From assembly GCA_038227875.1 (NCBI GenBank), contig JBBRPR010000054.1:1-59925 (forward strand): DNA of 59,925 nucleotides, read 5' to 3'. Under the pieces are notes generated by a model. The model worked only from the letters and a program-made list of their open reading frames with translations. It was not told the origin of the DNA and did not search any database. The translations under genes and the position numbers were made by a program. This document shows, one piece after another, positions 38,623 through 49,075 of the stretch; position 1 is the first letter of the stretch; each line of letters opens with the position of its first letter. The DNA is from Planctomycetota bacterium (GTDB lineage: Bacteria; Planctomycetota; SZUA-567; H5-PLA8).

Positions 38623-39510
38623 TTACTTCCCGGCGCTCTCGCTCTGTTCAAACACAAATAATTGTCCCCGCGGCAGAGCGTCGTGGAACCAGCCGTCGTG
38701 CAGACCCTTGATGCTATGAAAGTAGCTGGGCTTTGTGTTTCGCGATTCTGCACCGAAGGCGCGAAGTTTGGCGCCGGCGAGCTGGTAGCCGTTCTCGCGG
38801 CGCAGAGAGTATCCCGCCCCGATGCTTTTCAACGGTAGTCTCAGTTCCGCCGAATAACCCGAGTAGATTTCCTTACCGGTTTCCCCCGAGGTTTTCTCGT
38901 GCACCGCGGTCTTGACCGTGTACTCGCCATCGTCCTGAATATAGCACGGCCACAACCACACCACCGGGCTGCGCGGGGAGTCCAGATAGCTGCGCAGTGG
39001 ATCGTCCTTGTCGCGCGGCTTGATGCAGAAGTAATCGCCCAGCGCATTCCGGTCGTTGTGCTGCAGTTCCCAGAAGTGGAATGCGTCGTCGTGCAACGAA
39101 ATGAAGAACTCAAAGCAATCGAATTGCGTCTTTTCGTCATTCAATCGAACCACCGGCCGAGGGTTGCTTCGCGGCCCGCGTTCGTCTTGCCATACCGCGC
39201 TCTTGGGCTTCGTCGCGGATGTCCAGTCATAGGCGATGTAAAGGTAATGCTCGTCCCAGGCGACCATGTAATAACCGGTTGCCGTGGCATTCGGTTCTTC
39301 GCGTTTCGTAAACATTTCGTAGACCATGGGAATTCGAACCGCGGCCTTCCAGGCGGGCTTGTCAAGATTCCCATCGATCGTGAGCGGCGCCGTGTGATAC
39401 GTCGAAATGGTTTCTTCAGCCACACTCGAAATTGCATTCAACATGATGATTCCTACGGCCAGAGTTGTGGGCGCCCGGAAATTCATAACGAAGGTCCTCG
39501 CTTCTCCCAT
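38623..39510 (-). CDS. Secreted CBM9/DOMON-like sugar-binding protein
   Basis: Signal peptide; TIDGNLDKPAW, AWDEHYLYI, DCFEFF, YSAELRLP. Confidence 0.75.
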   Translation of the reverse strand: MGEARTFVMNFRAPTTLAVGIIMLNAISSVAEETISTYHTAPLTIDGNLDKPAWKAAVRIPMVYEMFTKREEPNATATGYYMVAWDEHYLYIAYDWTSATKPKSAVWQDERGPRSNPRPVVRLNDEKTQFDCFEFFISLHDDAFHFWELQHNDRNALGDYFCIKPRDKDDPLRSYLDSPRSPVVWLWPCYIQDDGEYTVKTAVHEKTSGETGKEIYSGYSAELRLPLKSIGAGYSLRRENGYQLAGAKLRAFGAESRNTKPSYFHSIKGLHDGWFHDALPRGQLFVFEQSESAGK

Positions 39511-39572
39511 TTATATAGAGAGTCAAATAATAGTACACATATTTATAAATGATATACAAAATCAGGCAGCTG

Positions 39573-42500
39573 CTATTTCTTGAATTTCCCGCTGACGCCC
39601 GGCTTGCCTGCGTACTGTGTGATCACCGTTGCCGAATAAATATTGCCATTGAAGGTCAACGTCGCCGTCAGCGGAAACGCAGCGCTTGTTTTCGCGGGAT
39701 CCAACCCGCTCAGCTGCCAAGCCGCAACGAAACTGCCCTTCAACATCGCAGAGAATGAACCGCCGGTCTTTCCTTTCTTCGGCAACTTCAATTTGAAGCT
39801 GCTCGTACCGCTTTTTCCGGAGCCCGTTTTGTTCAGCGTGAACAACACCTGTGCGCCGCCGATGGAAATCACGGCCGCCTGCCCCAGTGGCTTGAACGCC
39901 GGCGTCAATTCCGGAAGTGCTCCGCTGATGGAACATTGATCGTGACCAGGCTTTTTGAAATTCATCCCGCCGGCCATTTTGGTAACGCTCAGTGGCAGCG
40001 TCGTGATTCCTGTTCCTGATCCGGAATCTGTTACGGTGATGGTCATGCTGCTAGTGGTCGACTGTCCGACGCCATCGGTAATCGTGACGGTGACGATGAA
40101 GGTCCCCGCCGTCTGAAACGTGTGATTCGCTGTAGCGCCCGTGGCGCTGCTGCCATCGCCAAAATTCCACGCGTAGTTGAGGGTGCTCCCGGTCGCGCCG
40201 ACGGAGAACGTAGTCGGCTGACCAACCTGCACAGTACTCGGTGACGCCGTCACCCCCGACGTGATCACGGGCGCCGCCGGCGTTCCCGGTCCGACTGCCG
40301 AGCTGATCGTGACGCTTGCCGAAGTCGTCTGCGCGCCGGTGTCGTCGGTCGCCACGGCTGTCAGCACGGACGTGCCGAGCGGAATGCTGCTCCACGTCAC
40401 CGCGTAGGGACTCGATGTGGCCGAACCGATCAGCGTGGCGCCGGCGTAGAAGTCGACCTTCGTGACGATGCCGTCACTGTCAGACGCGCTGGCCGTGAGA
40501 CTTGAGCTGGAACCCGCCACGAAATTGGCGCCGTTTGCCGGCGACGTCAGTGTCACCGTCGGCGGAACATTCGGCGCGGCCGGGTCTTTCGCGATCACCA
40601 CGTAAGCCGAAAACGGCGGCACCGTCAACGTGTAGGAGTTTCCTGTTGCGGCAACTGACTGCAGTTGCAGCGTGACAGCCTCACTGCTTTCGTTGTTCGC
40701 GTTGATGGATCCCGCGGTCAGCTTCACCAACTGCGTTACCGTCAGCGCCCGGTTTAGCGTCACCGTCTGCGCAGCCGTGCGGTGGCGGTTCACCACGAGG
40801 ATGCTGTAGCTGCTTCCGTTTTTATAGGGATAGCACGCAACATAGGGCACATTGGATTCGCCCGTCAGTGTGTCATTCCACGTGGCGCTGCCGTTGACCG
40901 TTGACGTGATCAGATTTCCCGAGATGTAGTTGTTGAAGATCTTCAGCGCCTGGTACGCCGGCTTGCGATAAAAGTTCGGCTCGGCCGTCAGCGATGACCA
41001 CGAACCTCCCGTGAAAGCGAAATGATTGTTGAACTTCACACCGGCGCGATTACCCGCGGCGTAATTATCCAGCAGTGAGGCCGCCGCTCCAGCGCTCACT
41101 TCCTTGCTGTACACAAACGTATCGTTGGCGCTGGGACCATTGTAATAATTTCCCCACACGCAGTTGCCTTCGTAGATGCAACATTCCAACGCGTGTCCGG
41201 CCGCGGTCGCGTACGTCGTGTTCATCTGCTTGATCGTACGTTGGTGCCACTGCGCCTTGGCGAAGAGTCCGCCGTAGATTTCCTCGTCGGAGTTGGTGTT
41301 GCTGCCGCTGCCGTAGTACATGAAAATCGTGCCGAAGTCGGCGAGGTTCTTGATCGCGGGAATTAGGATCGTGCTATAGCCGGCCCAACTGTCGGAATCG
41401 GCCGCGAAGCCGCCAAATCCCACTTTCATATTGGCGCGCCAGCCAGCGCGGCTTTTCATCTCCGTCATGCGCTTGGTACAGTACGTTGCGTACGTCTGCA
41501 TCCACGGATCGCCCGGCAGGCCCAGATGCATGTCCCACAAGCCATCCGGCGTGCCCCAGGTTTCATTGCCCATCTCGTAGTAGATCACCGGAAACTGCGT
41601 GTCCCAGCGCGCGAAACCGTCGTTTGTACGCCGTGCACCGTAAGTGGTCGTTCCGTCGCCGCCCAGATAGTCCACGAGATTGCCGTGATCGGCGAAGTGA
41701 TTGGCCACGAGATCAGACGTCAAATCCGTCGCCGCCGCGCTGGCCGTATCCGTGAACGCCGGCGGCACGGTAATAAAGGGACTCGCGTTCACCGTTTTGC
41801 ACAGCGCCATGAATGTGTTGATATGGAGGTACTCGTTGGGCGGCGGCGCGTAGCTCAGCGGCCATGTCTTGAACAGGTAGTGCTCCAGCGTCATCGAATT
41901 CACACCCAGTCCACCGAGGCGCAGCATGGCGGGTTTGAGTTCCGTCAGACGATCCACGTACGTTTGCGCGAATCCCGTTGCGGCGTTGGTGTTGTTGGCG
42001 TCCCAACTGGCGAGATTGTCGATCCAGTAATTGGTGTTGTCGAGAAACTGGATCGAGACGCCACGCCAGAGGTCCGACGTGGTTGGCGTGTACGACCAGC
42101 TGTATTCGCCCCACGACGTGGTCAGGGGCATCGCCGGACTGTAGTGCACCGCCCAGCCGCCATCGATGATCCCGAGCTGAACGCGCGCGTTGGCGACGCC
42201 GGATTTCAACATCACCTTGATCATGTACTTGCCGCTGGGAGTCAACACGCGGGTGAACGGGGCCTGCGGCAGATCGACCGTCGCCTGTTCCATGGCCACC
42301 GGAGCTGCGCCGACGGCAACTTTCTGACTCTGCTTTCCGGAAACAAACGTGGACGTATCGACGCTCGCCGTGAACGTTCCGGACTTGAACCACCCCCAGC
42401 CTTCCGATGCGAAACCATTGCTGTCGGCAGCCGCTTCAAAGCAGCCGCCATTGATGATGTTGGCGCTGTTGCTGCTGACGTTTATGCCCATCGACGATTT

Positions 42501-42593
42501 GGGAGCCACAATCGTATCGTTGAAGTCCACCGTGGTGGCCGCAAAGAGCGACGACGAGAAGACTAAAAACAGGGCGAGAAAGCAACGTCGCAT
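39573..42593 (-). CDS. Secreted GH51-like glycoside hydrolase with CBM-like, Ig-like, PKD and C-terminal basic domains
   Basis: Signal peptide; LKPAMLRLGG, YYEMGNETWG, IYEG, VPPFSAYV; PTVTLTSP Ig domain; YAWNFGDG PKD. Confidence 0.82.
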   Translation of the reverse strand: MRRCFLALFLVFSSSLFAATTVDFNDTIVAPKSSMGINVSSNSANIINGGCFEAAADSNGFASEGWGWFKSGTFTASVDTSTFVSGKQSQKVAVGAAPVAMEQATVDLPQAPFTRVLTPSGKYMIKVMLKSGVANARVQLGIIDGGWAVHYSPAMPLTTSWGEYSWSYTPTTSDLWRGVSIQFLDNTNYWIDNLASWDANNTNAATGFAQTYVDRLTELKPAMLRLGGLGVNSMTLEHYLFKTWPLSYAPPPNEYLHINTFMALCKTVNASPFITVPPAFTDTASAAATDLTSDLVANHFADHGNLVDYLGGDGTTTYGARRTNDGFARWDTQFPVIYYEMGNETWGTPDGLWDMHLGLPGDPWMQTYATYCTKRMTEMKSRAGWRANMKVGFGGFAADSDSWAGYSTILIPAIKNLADFGTIFMYYGSGSNTNSDEEIYGGLFAKAQWHQRTIKQMNTTYATAAGHALECCIYEGNCVWGNYYNGPSANDTFVYSKEVSAGAAASLLDNYAAGNRAGVKFNNHFAFTGGSWSSLTAEPNFYRKPAYQALKIFNNYISGNLITSTVNGSATWNDTLTGESNVPYVACYPYKNGSSYSILVVNRHRTAAQTVTLNRALTVTQLVKLTAGSINANNESSEAVTLQLQSVAATGNSYTLTVPPFSAYVVIAKDPAAPNVPPTVTLTSPANGANFVAGSSSSLTASASDSDGIVTKVDFYAGATLIGSATSSPYAVTWSSIPLGTSVLTAVATDDTGAQTTSASVTISSAVGPGTPAAPVITSGVTASPSTVQVGQPTTFSVGATGSTLNYAWNFGDGSSATGATANHTFQTAGTFIVTVTITDGVGQSTTSSMTITVTDSGSGTGITTLPLSVTKMAGGMNFKKPGHDQCSISGALPELTPAFKPLGQAAVISIGGAQVLFTLNKTGSGKSGTSSFKLKLPKKGKTGGSFSAMLKGSFVAAWQLSGLDPAKTSAAFPLTATLTFNGNIYSATVITQYAGKPGVSGKFKK

Positions 42594-43038
42594 GGATGAT
42601 CAACTCCGGATGCCGAACAGGCTGCCGATCATCGCGATTTTTCGCGCCGCGATAACAAGAATCTCATTCGATTTCGAAATTTCCTATGAACATGTGCATT
42701 ATTTCATATCAAAAACCACATGTTGCATCGAAGCACGTGTGCTGACCTCGCCCCAATGCCCCTGCGCTTGATCGGGAAAAGTGGCGGGTTAAGTTTCAAA
42801 CGTGGACAGAGCGAATTAACTCGAATGACAAAAACCAGTTAAGAAATTTTACTCTAAATTCGAAGTCGTTGTCGAAACGGGCTCTCGTCACCCGACATGG
42901 AGTTGGAAGCGAGGGACGGCGAGAGATCAAAACGCTGACTTTGATGCGATTGATGGTCCGGAAACTGACATCAGAAACTTTCTTCCAAATTGGAATCGGG
43001 ATCGACAAGAGTCACCTTTTTTAACCCAGGAGAACGGC

Positions 43039-43446
43039 ATGAACATCCAACCCTACCTGTACTTCGAAGGCCGCTGCGAAGAGGCGATCACCCACTACAA
43101 GAAGACGCTGGGCGCAGAAGTGGTCATGATGATGCGCTTCAAGGAATGTCCGGATCCCCAGCCCGGCATGATTCCACCCGGCGGCGAAAACAAGATCATG
43201 CACGCAAGTTTAAAAATCGGCGAGGCGACGATCATGGCCTCGGACGGCAATTGCAACGGCAAAGGCGTCTTCCAGGGCATGGCGCTATCCCTGATCGTGA
43301 AAACAGAAGCCGAAGCCGAGAAGCACTTCAAAGCGCTGAGCGACGGCGGCAAGGTGCTGATGCCGCTGACCAAGACGTTCTTCTCGCCGAAGTTTGGCAT
43401 GACCGGCGATAAGTTCGGCGTGATGTGGCTGGTGATCGTGATGTAG
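43039..43446 (+). CDS. VOC/PhnB-family protein
   Basis: PYLYFEGRCEEA, IMHASL, IMASD, DKFGVMW. Confidence 0.92.
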   Translation: MNIQPYLYFEGRCEEAITHYKKTLGAEVVMMMRFKECPDPQPGMIPPGGENKIMHASLKIGEATIMASDGNCNGKGVFQGMALSLIVKTEAEAEKHFKALSDGGKVLMPLTKTFFSPKFGMTGDKFGVMWLVIVM

Positions 43447-43451
43447 TAACG

Positions 43452-44825
43452 TCAGGGATTTGCGACCAACGTCGTCACCGAGAGTGCCGGCAACTCCACG
43501 CTATCCACGCTCTTCAACGCTCCGTCGTCCTGGCAGTGCTTCTCCGCGGTTGTGGTGAAGCGCTGCCAGGCTCCGGTTTCCGTGAGCGAAATTGTTCGCG
43601 CTTCTTTGGCCGTGTTGACCAGTTCGACGACCCGATGGCCTTTCGTGACCGGATCGTCGAAGGCACTGACCAGCACGCCCTTGGCATTCGTCGCTGCAGA
43701 GACGCGCACCATGCCCGGCCGCACGAATTTGAAGAAGTTCATCGACGTGTAAAACTTGGGCGTGACTTCGTATTTCTTATCCTCGGACTTCTCGCAGTAA
43801 ATCAACGCCTCACCCTTCTTATCGAAGAACAATTGCCAATAGCAGACCATCTGGCAATCGCCTTCGCACAGTGCCCAGTGCATTTTCTGCGCCCAGACGA
43901 ACGCTTCGGCATAGGAACCAGGTTCGACGCCGCTGAGGTAATTGGCCGTCTCAACCATCCACAGCGGCCGCTTGTATTTCTCCGCCAGTTCGCGCGCCTT
44001 CTTCCAGCGCGGCGGATCCATCGCTACGTCCTCAAACGGAATCTCCAAATCGTAAAGATGGGTGAGAATCGGCGTGCCCGGACTGGCGTTCCATTTCTCC
44101 ATTTGCTCGACGTATTCCGGAAGATGGAAAATGCGGCAGGTGTCCGGACCGAGCACACGGACGGCTAGTTTCTCGCGCTCGAGCTTCTTACGCGTGGCGA
44201 GCATCGTACGCGCCAGCAATCCGCCGTCGATGCGACAGGTGGGGTAGTACCAGGTCAGGTCCGGTTCGTTCTGCAGACAGATGTCGTGGATCTCGATCTC
44301 GAAATCCCGCTTCATCGCGATCACGTAAGCGGCCCAGAGCTCTGCGAATTCGTCGGCCATTTCAGGCTTCAACATCGCACCGCTGCCCGTGCGCTTGCCG
44401 TTGTCTTTCATCCATCCCGGCGGACTCCACGTCACCGGCAGAATCGTTTTCACGCCGCGCGCCTGGGCCGACTTGATGTTGAGCGCCGCCTTGGCCTCCG
44501 TTTCCTTGAAATTAAATTTCGGCCAGTCGAAGACGTTTGGATCGGAGTTGTCGTTTACCTTTTCAGGCGTGACCTCGTCCCCGCCCTCCCCGCCCAGCGC
44601 CTGCACGCGCAGCACCGACGCTCCGAGCTGCTTGAAAAGCAGATCGAACACTTCCTCACGCTGATCCGGATGCGGATGAATCCACCCCATTGTTCCGCCG
44701 AAGCCGACGATGGTCTGATGGGTCTCCGTCCAGACGATGATGATGGGTTCGGGCTTTTCGGCGGCGAACGAACTGGAGTTGGCGACGAGCATAGTTCCGA
44801 AGCACAACCAGCACGCCAATTTCAT
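43452..44825 (-). CDS. Secreted GH30-family glycoside hydrolase
   Basis: QTIVGFGG, WSPPGWMK, QNEP acid/base, LWMVE nucleophile, FVRPG. Confidence 0.88.
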   Translation of the reverse strand: MKLACWLCFGTMLVANSSSFAAEKPEPIIIVWTETHQTIVGFGGTMGWIHPHPDQREEVFDLLFKQLGASVLRVQALGGEGGDEVTPEKVNDNSDPNVFDWPKFNFKETEAKAALNIKSAQARGVKTILPVTWSPPGWMKDNGKRTGSGAMLKPEMADEFAELWAAYVIAMKRDFEIEIHDICLQNEPDLTWYYPTCRIDGGLLARTMLATRKKLEREKLAVRVLGPDTCRIFHLPEYVEQMEKWNASPGTPILTHLYDLEIPFEDVAMDPPRWKKARELAEKYKRPLWMVETANYLSGVEPGSYAEAFVWAQKMHWALCEGDCQMVCYWQLFFDKKGEALIYCEKSEDKKYEVTPKFYTSMNFFKFVRPGMVRVSAATNAKGVLVSAFDDPVTKGHRVVELVNTAKEARTISLTETGAWQRFTTTAEKHCQDDGALKSVDSVELPALSVTTLVANP

Positions 44826-44849
44826 ATAGCCGTTCCAATCCGCGCGCGT

Positions 44850-44877
44850 TTTTGAATTTCGAATTTTGAATTTCGAA
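44850..44877. repeat. Four tandem heptamers TTT(T/C)GAA
   Basis: TTTTGAA-TTTCGAA repeated twice in a short intergenic gap. Confidence 0.8.
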
Positions 44878-44884
44878 TTGCTCT

Positions 44885-46402
44885 TTAGTTCTTCAAGTCC
44901 GGCACCTGCACCGCCTCGAAATCGCTGCCCTTAAACTTCGTCACCGCCTTCATCGCTTCCATATTAAACCGCTTATCGATCGTCGAGCACAAATACCAGT
45001 CGGAACCATTGTCGGCGACAATCGCGCCGTACTTCTTCAAGGCATTGGCAATGATCTGCGCATCCTTGGGCATGCTGGAGATATCGACGCTCGCCTTTAG
45101 ACGGAAACGCTGGCCCATCGCCGGATAGGTCGGGTCGTCCGTGCTTCCGGCGTGATGTGTCGCCGGATAGATGAAGGCCTTGCGCGTTTTCGTCACGGTC
45201 ATGCGAATCGCGTGCTCGATCACGCCGCGCTTCATTTCGTCATTGCGAATCAGGCCCGGCAGCATCGCCAATCCGGCTGCGTCGGCGGATGTCCAGTTCT
45301 TCGGGCGCTGCTTGTTGGATTTCAGATCGAACGTCGCTTCGTTGGCGCAGGTCCACGCGCCGGCGGCGGTTTTGCGAAGTTGGTAAAATTCATAGAGCAT
45401 GCCGCTCGCCGCGTCGATCACGATGCCGTGCCGGTCTCCGTCGCCTTCGCGCTGAAACGTATCCAGCGACGGCATTTTCTTGTCCCAGAAACAGGGCCAG
45501 CCTTCGATCGGCGTGTTCGGAGCGACCGGATACGGCCCCTTGTCCGATTCGGCGGCGTAGCCGAGCTTCACGTCGATCTTAGGCTGATCGGCCGGAACAA
45601 TGATGTAGCTGAAATCGAAGCCGAGGAAGACGTGCTTCTCCGCGCCGATGTGCGCGACCATCTTGTCGGACTCCGGCAGCAGCGGCAGCTTCGAGACATC
45701 CTGGTTCCACGCATTGGACTTCGGGAAAATCTGCAGCGCGGACATGATCGCATCGGCTTCTGGCGTGTCGAACATGATCGGCGCTTTGAAATCCGGAATT
45801 CGCGCGGTGCCTCCAGAGGGAGCGCTGGCGACGCCGGTCAGACCGGCGAGATTGTTTTTCGGCGGCGGGGGCTTTTCGCCTTCGGCGGAAGGATTCGAGA
45901 CCGCCGCGGATGTTCCCGGCGCCGCTGGCGTAACAGGTGCTACAACTTTTGGTGCATCCGGCTTCGGTTCGTCCTTGCCGATGATCGCGCCGATTTCGGA
46001 CGTCAGGGACTTATCGTGCTCCACCGCCTTGATCGCCGCCTTCTCCGCGTGATCCTTGAGCTTGTTCTGTGCGAAGTAGCGCGCGACGGACAGGTAGTCT
46101 GCGCCGGTCTTCGCGTACTCGCTGGCCAGGCCGCCGAATTGGTCGGGTGTCAATTCTGTCCAGCCAACAGGAAGCACCGAGCCATCCGACGACGCATTCA
46201 CGCCCTTGTCGTCGGCGCCGACAATCTGCACGCGCGCGGGTTTGCCCAGGAAGTTGATGTACACGGTTGGTTTCGCGCCTTCCGCCGAGCCGGCAACGAT
46301 CAGCTTCTTCAACGACGCGACTGTCTCCGCGTCTGCGAGGTCAGCCGAATATGCGCCGGAAGCGCACGACAGCAAGAGCACACTCAACACCCGAAGTATC
46401 AA
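44885..46402 (-). CDS. Secreted two-domain hypothetical protein
   Basis: Likely TTG start with GAGGTG RBS and signal peptide; Pro/Ala linker; C-terminal domain with GDRH, LYEF, DAAGL, HAIR, LKKYGAIVADNG. Confidence 0.75.
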   Translation of the reverse strand: MILRVLSVLLLSCASGAYSADLADAETVASLKKLIVAGSAEGAKPTVYINFLGKPARVQIVGADDKGVNASSDGSVLPVGWTELTPDQFGGLASEYAKTGADYLSVARYFAQNKLKDHAEKAAIKAVEHDKSLTSEIGAIIGKDEPKPDAPKVVAPVTPAAPGTSAAVSNPSAEGEKPPPPKNNLAGLTGVASAPSGGTARIPDFKAPIMFDTPEADAIMSALQIFPKSNAWNQDVSKLPLLPESDKMVAHIGAEKHVFLGFDFSYIIVPADQPKIDVKLGYAAESDKGPYPVAPNTPIEGWPCFWDKKMPSLDTFQREGDGDRHGIVIDAASGMLYEFYQLRKTAAGAWTCANEATFDLKSNKQRPKNWTSADAAGLAMLPGLIRNDEMKRGVIEHAIRMTVTKTRKAFIYPATHHAGSTDDPTYPAMGQRFRLKASVDISSMPKDAQIIANALKKYGAIVADNGSDWYLCSTIDKRFNMEAMKAVTKFKGSDFEAVQVPDLKN

Positions 46403-46613
46403 ATTCCGCGCACCTCGAACTTGTCTGTGAAACCGTTGGAATGACGAGCAACGCAAGCTTCGTATTAGCGTCATTAGCTGCACAGGTGTGCAACCCGTAG
46501 TAGCGTCATGTCTACTTACACCTACTCGTCGAAATGGGTACAAAAATTCACCCCGATGACTTTTGCAATAATTTTCTTTAAAAAGATTTCGACCACGCGT
46601 AGTCTTTTTAGTT

Positions 46614-47285
46614 ATGGCTCGATTGCAAAAAGCCGCCCGTGAGGGCGCACACGACGACGAACTCCGCTCCCGGCGGCGCATCATGGAGGCGCTGAAGATC
46701 CAGGGCCCTCAGGACGCCTCGGCGCTGGCCGCGCAGTTTGGCGTCTCGGCGATGGCCATCCGCCAGCACCTTTACGCGCTGGCGGAACGGAATCTCGTCG
46801 TCTACCAGGAAGAGCACCGCCCCATGGGGCGCCCCGCGAAGCTCTGGAAACTCACGACCGCTGCGGACAAGCTCTTCGAAGACCGCCACGGCGACCTGAT
46901 CGTAAATCTGTTCGGGGCGATCAAGGGTACGTTCGGCGACGACGGCCTGGAGAAGCTCCTCTCCCACCGCGCCAGGCAGCAGATCGCCAACTACAAGCTC
47001 GAAGTTCCCGCCAAAGCACCGTTACGCAAACGTGTCGACGCGCTGGCCGCACTGCGTTCCAGCGAAGGCTACCTGGCCGAAGTTCAGCCACAAAAAGACG
47101 GCACGTTTCTCCTGATCGAAAACCACTGCCCCATCTGCGCGGCAGCGACAGCTTGCGTCGGTCTGTGTAATTCGGAACTGCTGGTCTTCCGCGAAATTCT
47201 TGGACCGGATGTGAAGATCGACCGTACAGAACACATCGTCGCAGGCGCTCGCCGCTGCGTTTACGCGATCTCCGAGATACAGTAG
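46614..47285 (+). CDS. SufR-like HTH transcriptional regulator with metal-binding cysteines
   Basis: AIRQHL HTH, GRP, ENHCPIC...LC..E...RCVY. Confidence 0.88.
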   Translation: MARLQKAAREGAHDDELRSRRRIMEALKIQGPQDASALAAQFGVSAMAIRQHLYALAERNLVVYQEEHRPMGRPAKLWKLTTAADKLFEDRHGDLIVNLFGAIKGTFGDDGLEKLLSHRARQQIANYKLEVPAKAPLRKRVDALAALRSSEGYLAEVQPQKDGTFLLIENHCPICAAATACVGLCNSELLVFREILGPDVKIDRTEHIVAGARRCVYAISEIQ

Positions 47286-47288
47286 CGC

Positions 47289-47960
47289 ATGGAAAAAACT
47301 CACGCCGCGATCCGTAATCTGCTGAATAAACTGTCGAAAATCCCGCACACCGAGACGCTCGCCAATCCCTACGCGACCGAGCGCGCCGACCTGGACCGGC
47401 CAGGCGGAGCGGCCATTCGCCGGCGCAACTGCGAGATGTACCTGCAGAAACTGGCCGCGCGCGGCGTCAAACTGATCATCCTCGGCGAAGCGGCCGGCTA
47501 TCAGGGCTGCCGGTTCAGCGGCATCGCGTTCACCAGCGAGCACACGCTCGCCAACCATTCGTTTTTCAAGGACGGTGGATTCGAACGCAGCGGCATTCGC
47601 GAACGCCTCTTCCGTGAACCGTCAGGCAGCATCGTCTGGGAAACCATCGAGCGACTGCCGCACATTCCGGTGCTCTGGAATATCGTTCCGTTCCACCCGC
47701 ACACCGCCGACAAGCCGCTCTCCAACCGCACGCCGACGCGGCCCGAGCGGGAACTCGGCAAACAATTTCTGCTGGAGTTGATGGAGATTCTCGGCCAGCC
47801 TCAGATCGCCGCAGCCGGCAAAATTTCATCGGAGACGCTGACTCAACTGGGCATCAAACACACCGCTGTGCGGCACCCGGCCTACGGCGGAAAAGCCGAA
47901 TTCCAAGCCGGCATCGCGGCGTTCGAAGCCGGCGGTGCTTACAAATTGGCGAGCAGTTGA
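47289..47960 (+). CDS. Uracil-DNA glycosylase superfamily protein
   Basis: GEAAGYQGCRFSGIAFT, WNIVPFHP, NRTP, RHPAYGG. Confidence 0.88.
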   Translation: MEKTHAAIRNLLNKLSKIPHTETLANPYATERADLDRPGGAAIRRRNCEMYLQKLAARGVKLIILGEAAGYQGCRFSGIAFTSEHTLANHSFFKDGGFERSGIRERLFREPSGSIVWETIERLPHIPVLWNIVPFHPHTADKPLSNRTPTRPERELGKQFLLELMEILGQPQIAAAGKISSETLTQLGIKHTAVRHPAYGGKAEFQAGIAAFEAGGAYKLASS

Positions 47961-49075
47961 TCGACCTGCTCGGCCGAATTGTAAAAGTGCGGCGATGCTC
48001 GCAGCCGTCCTTCGCGCTGAATGATCACGATCTTTTTCGCTTTCAGTTCGTTCACCAGCTCGGTGTGATCGCGCGTGGGATGAGTGAACGCGACGATGCC
48101 GCTCTCCTCCCCCGGCCTGCGGCTGCTGATGATCGAGCAACCCTTTTGTTTCAGCCCATCGCAGAGTTGATCGGTGAGCGCCAGAACGCGCTGGCTGATC
48201 GTGTCCATCCCGACGCTCTGCAGCACGCGCAGCGATTCACCAAATCCAAGGATGCCGGGAATATTGTACGAGCCGCATTCGAAGCGCTTGGCATCGGCGC
48301 GAAGCGTAAAGTCGTAGTTTCCGTATTCAGCAGCGTTGATCACGTTGAGCCAGCCGATCTCCGGACGCAGTGACGTGAGCAGCTCGCGTCGGCAGTAGAA
48401 AATCCCGCAGCCCTCCGGCGCGAGCATCCATTTGTGGCCATCGGCAGAGAGGAAATCGATCTTCATGCTCTGCACGTCGACTGGCAGCACGCCCATGGAT
48501 TGGATCGCGTCGACGCAAAGCAGAATTCCGCGCTCGCGGCAGAACGACCCGATCGTCGCGAGGTCCGAGCGGTAACCGCTGGCGTACTGGACATGAGAGA
48601 GCGCAATCATGCGCGTACGCGACGTCACGGCCTTCAGCACATCTTCGGTCGGCACGCGGCCCTCGCGTTCGGCGACCATCACGTGCTTGACGCCGAAGCG
48701 TTGCGCGATGTCCATCCACGGATAAATATTGGCGGGGTATTCAACATTGGAGGTGATGACTTCTTCGCCGGATTTCCAATCCAGACCGTTGGCGACAAAC
48801 GCGATGCCTTCGCTGGTATTCTTTACAAACGCCAGTTCGTCAGCATGCGCGTTGATCATCTGCGCCGCCAGTTTGCGCGCAGTGTCCGCCCTTCCGTACC
48901 AGTTTCCAGACAAGTAAGCGTCTTCGCGCGCTTCCTTGGCGTAGCGTTCAATCACAGTCGCGGCCTGAGCCGTCAAAGGCGCTACGGCGGCGTGATTGAA
49001 GAACAGCCAATGCTTGACAATTGGAAACTCGCGGTCAACATCGAAACTAGGTGAAAGAGGTGACAATGTTCTCAT
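47939..49075 (-). CDS. Class V PLP-dependent aminotransferase/cysteine desulfurase-like enzyme
   Basis: FNHAAVAP, NTSEG, VDAIQS, DGHKWMLAP, RASPHFYN; start at MRTLSP. Confidence 0.92.
   Translation of the reverse strand: MRTLSPLSPSFDVDREFPIVKHWLFFNHAAVAPLTAQAATVIERYAKEAREDAYLSGNWYGRADTARKLAAQMINAHADELAFVKNTSEGIAFVANGLDWKSGEEVITSNVEYPANIYPWMDIAQRFGVKHVMVAEREGRVPTEDVLKAVTSRTRMIALSHVQYASGYRSDLATIGSFCRERGILLCVDAIQSMGVLPVDVQSMKIDFLSADGHKWMLAPEGCGIFYCRRELLTSLRPEIGWLNVINAAEYGNYDFTLRADAKRFECGSYNIPGILGFGESLRVLQSVGMDTISQRVLALTDQLCDGLKQKGCSIISSRRPGEESGIVAFTHPTRDHTELVNELKAKKIVIIQREGRLRASPHFYNSAEQVDQLLANL

Noticed and set aside
46403..46684. N-terminal extension of ORF 44885-46684
   Set aside because: Overlaps the divergent regulator and its promoter gap; RBS and signal peptide point to a start at 46402
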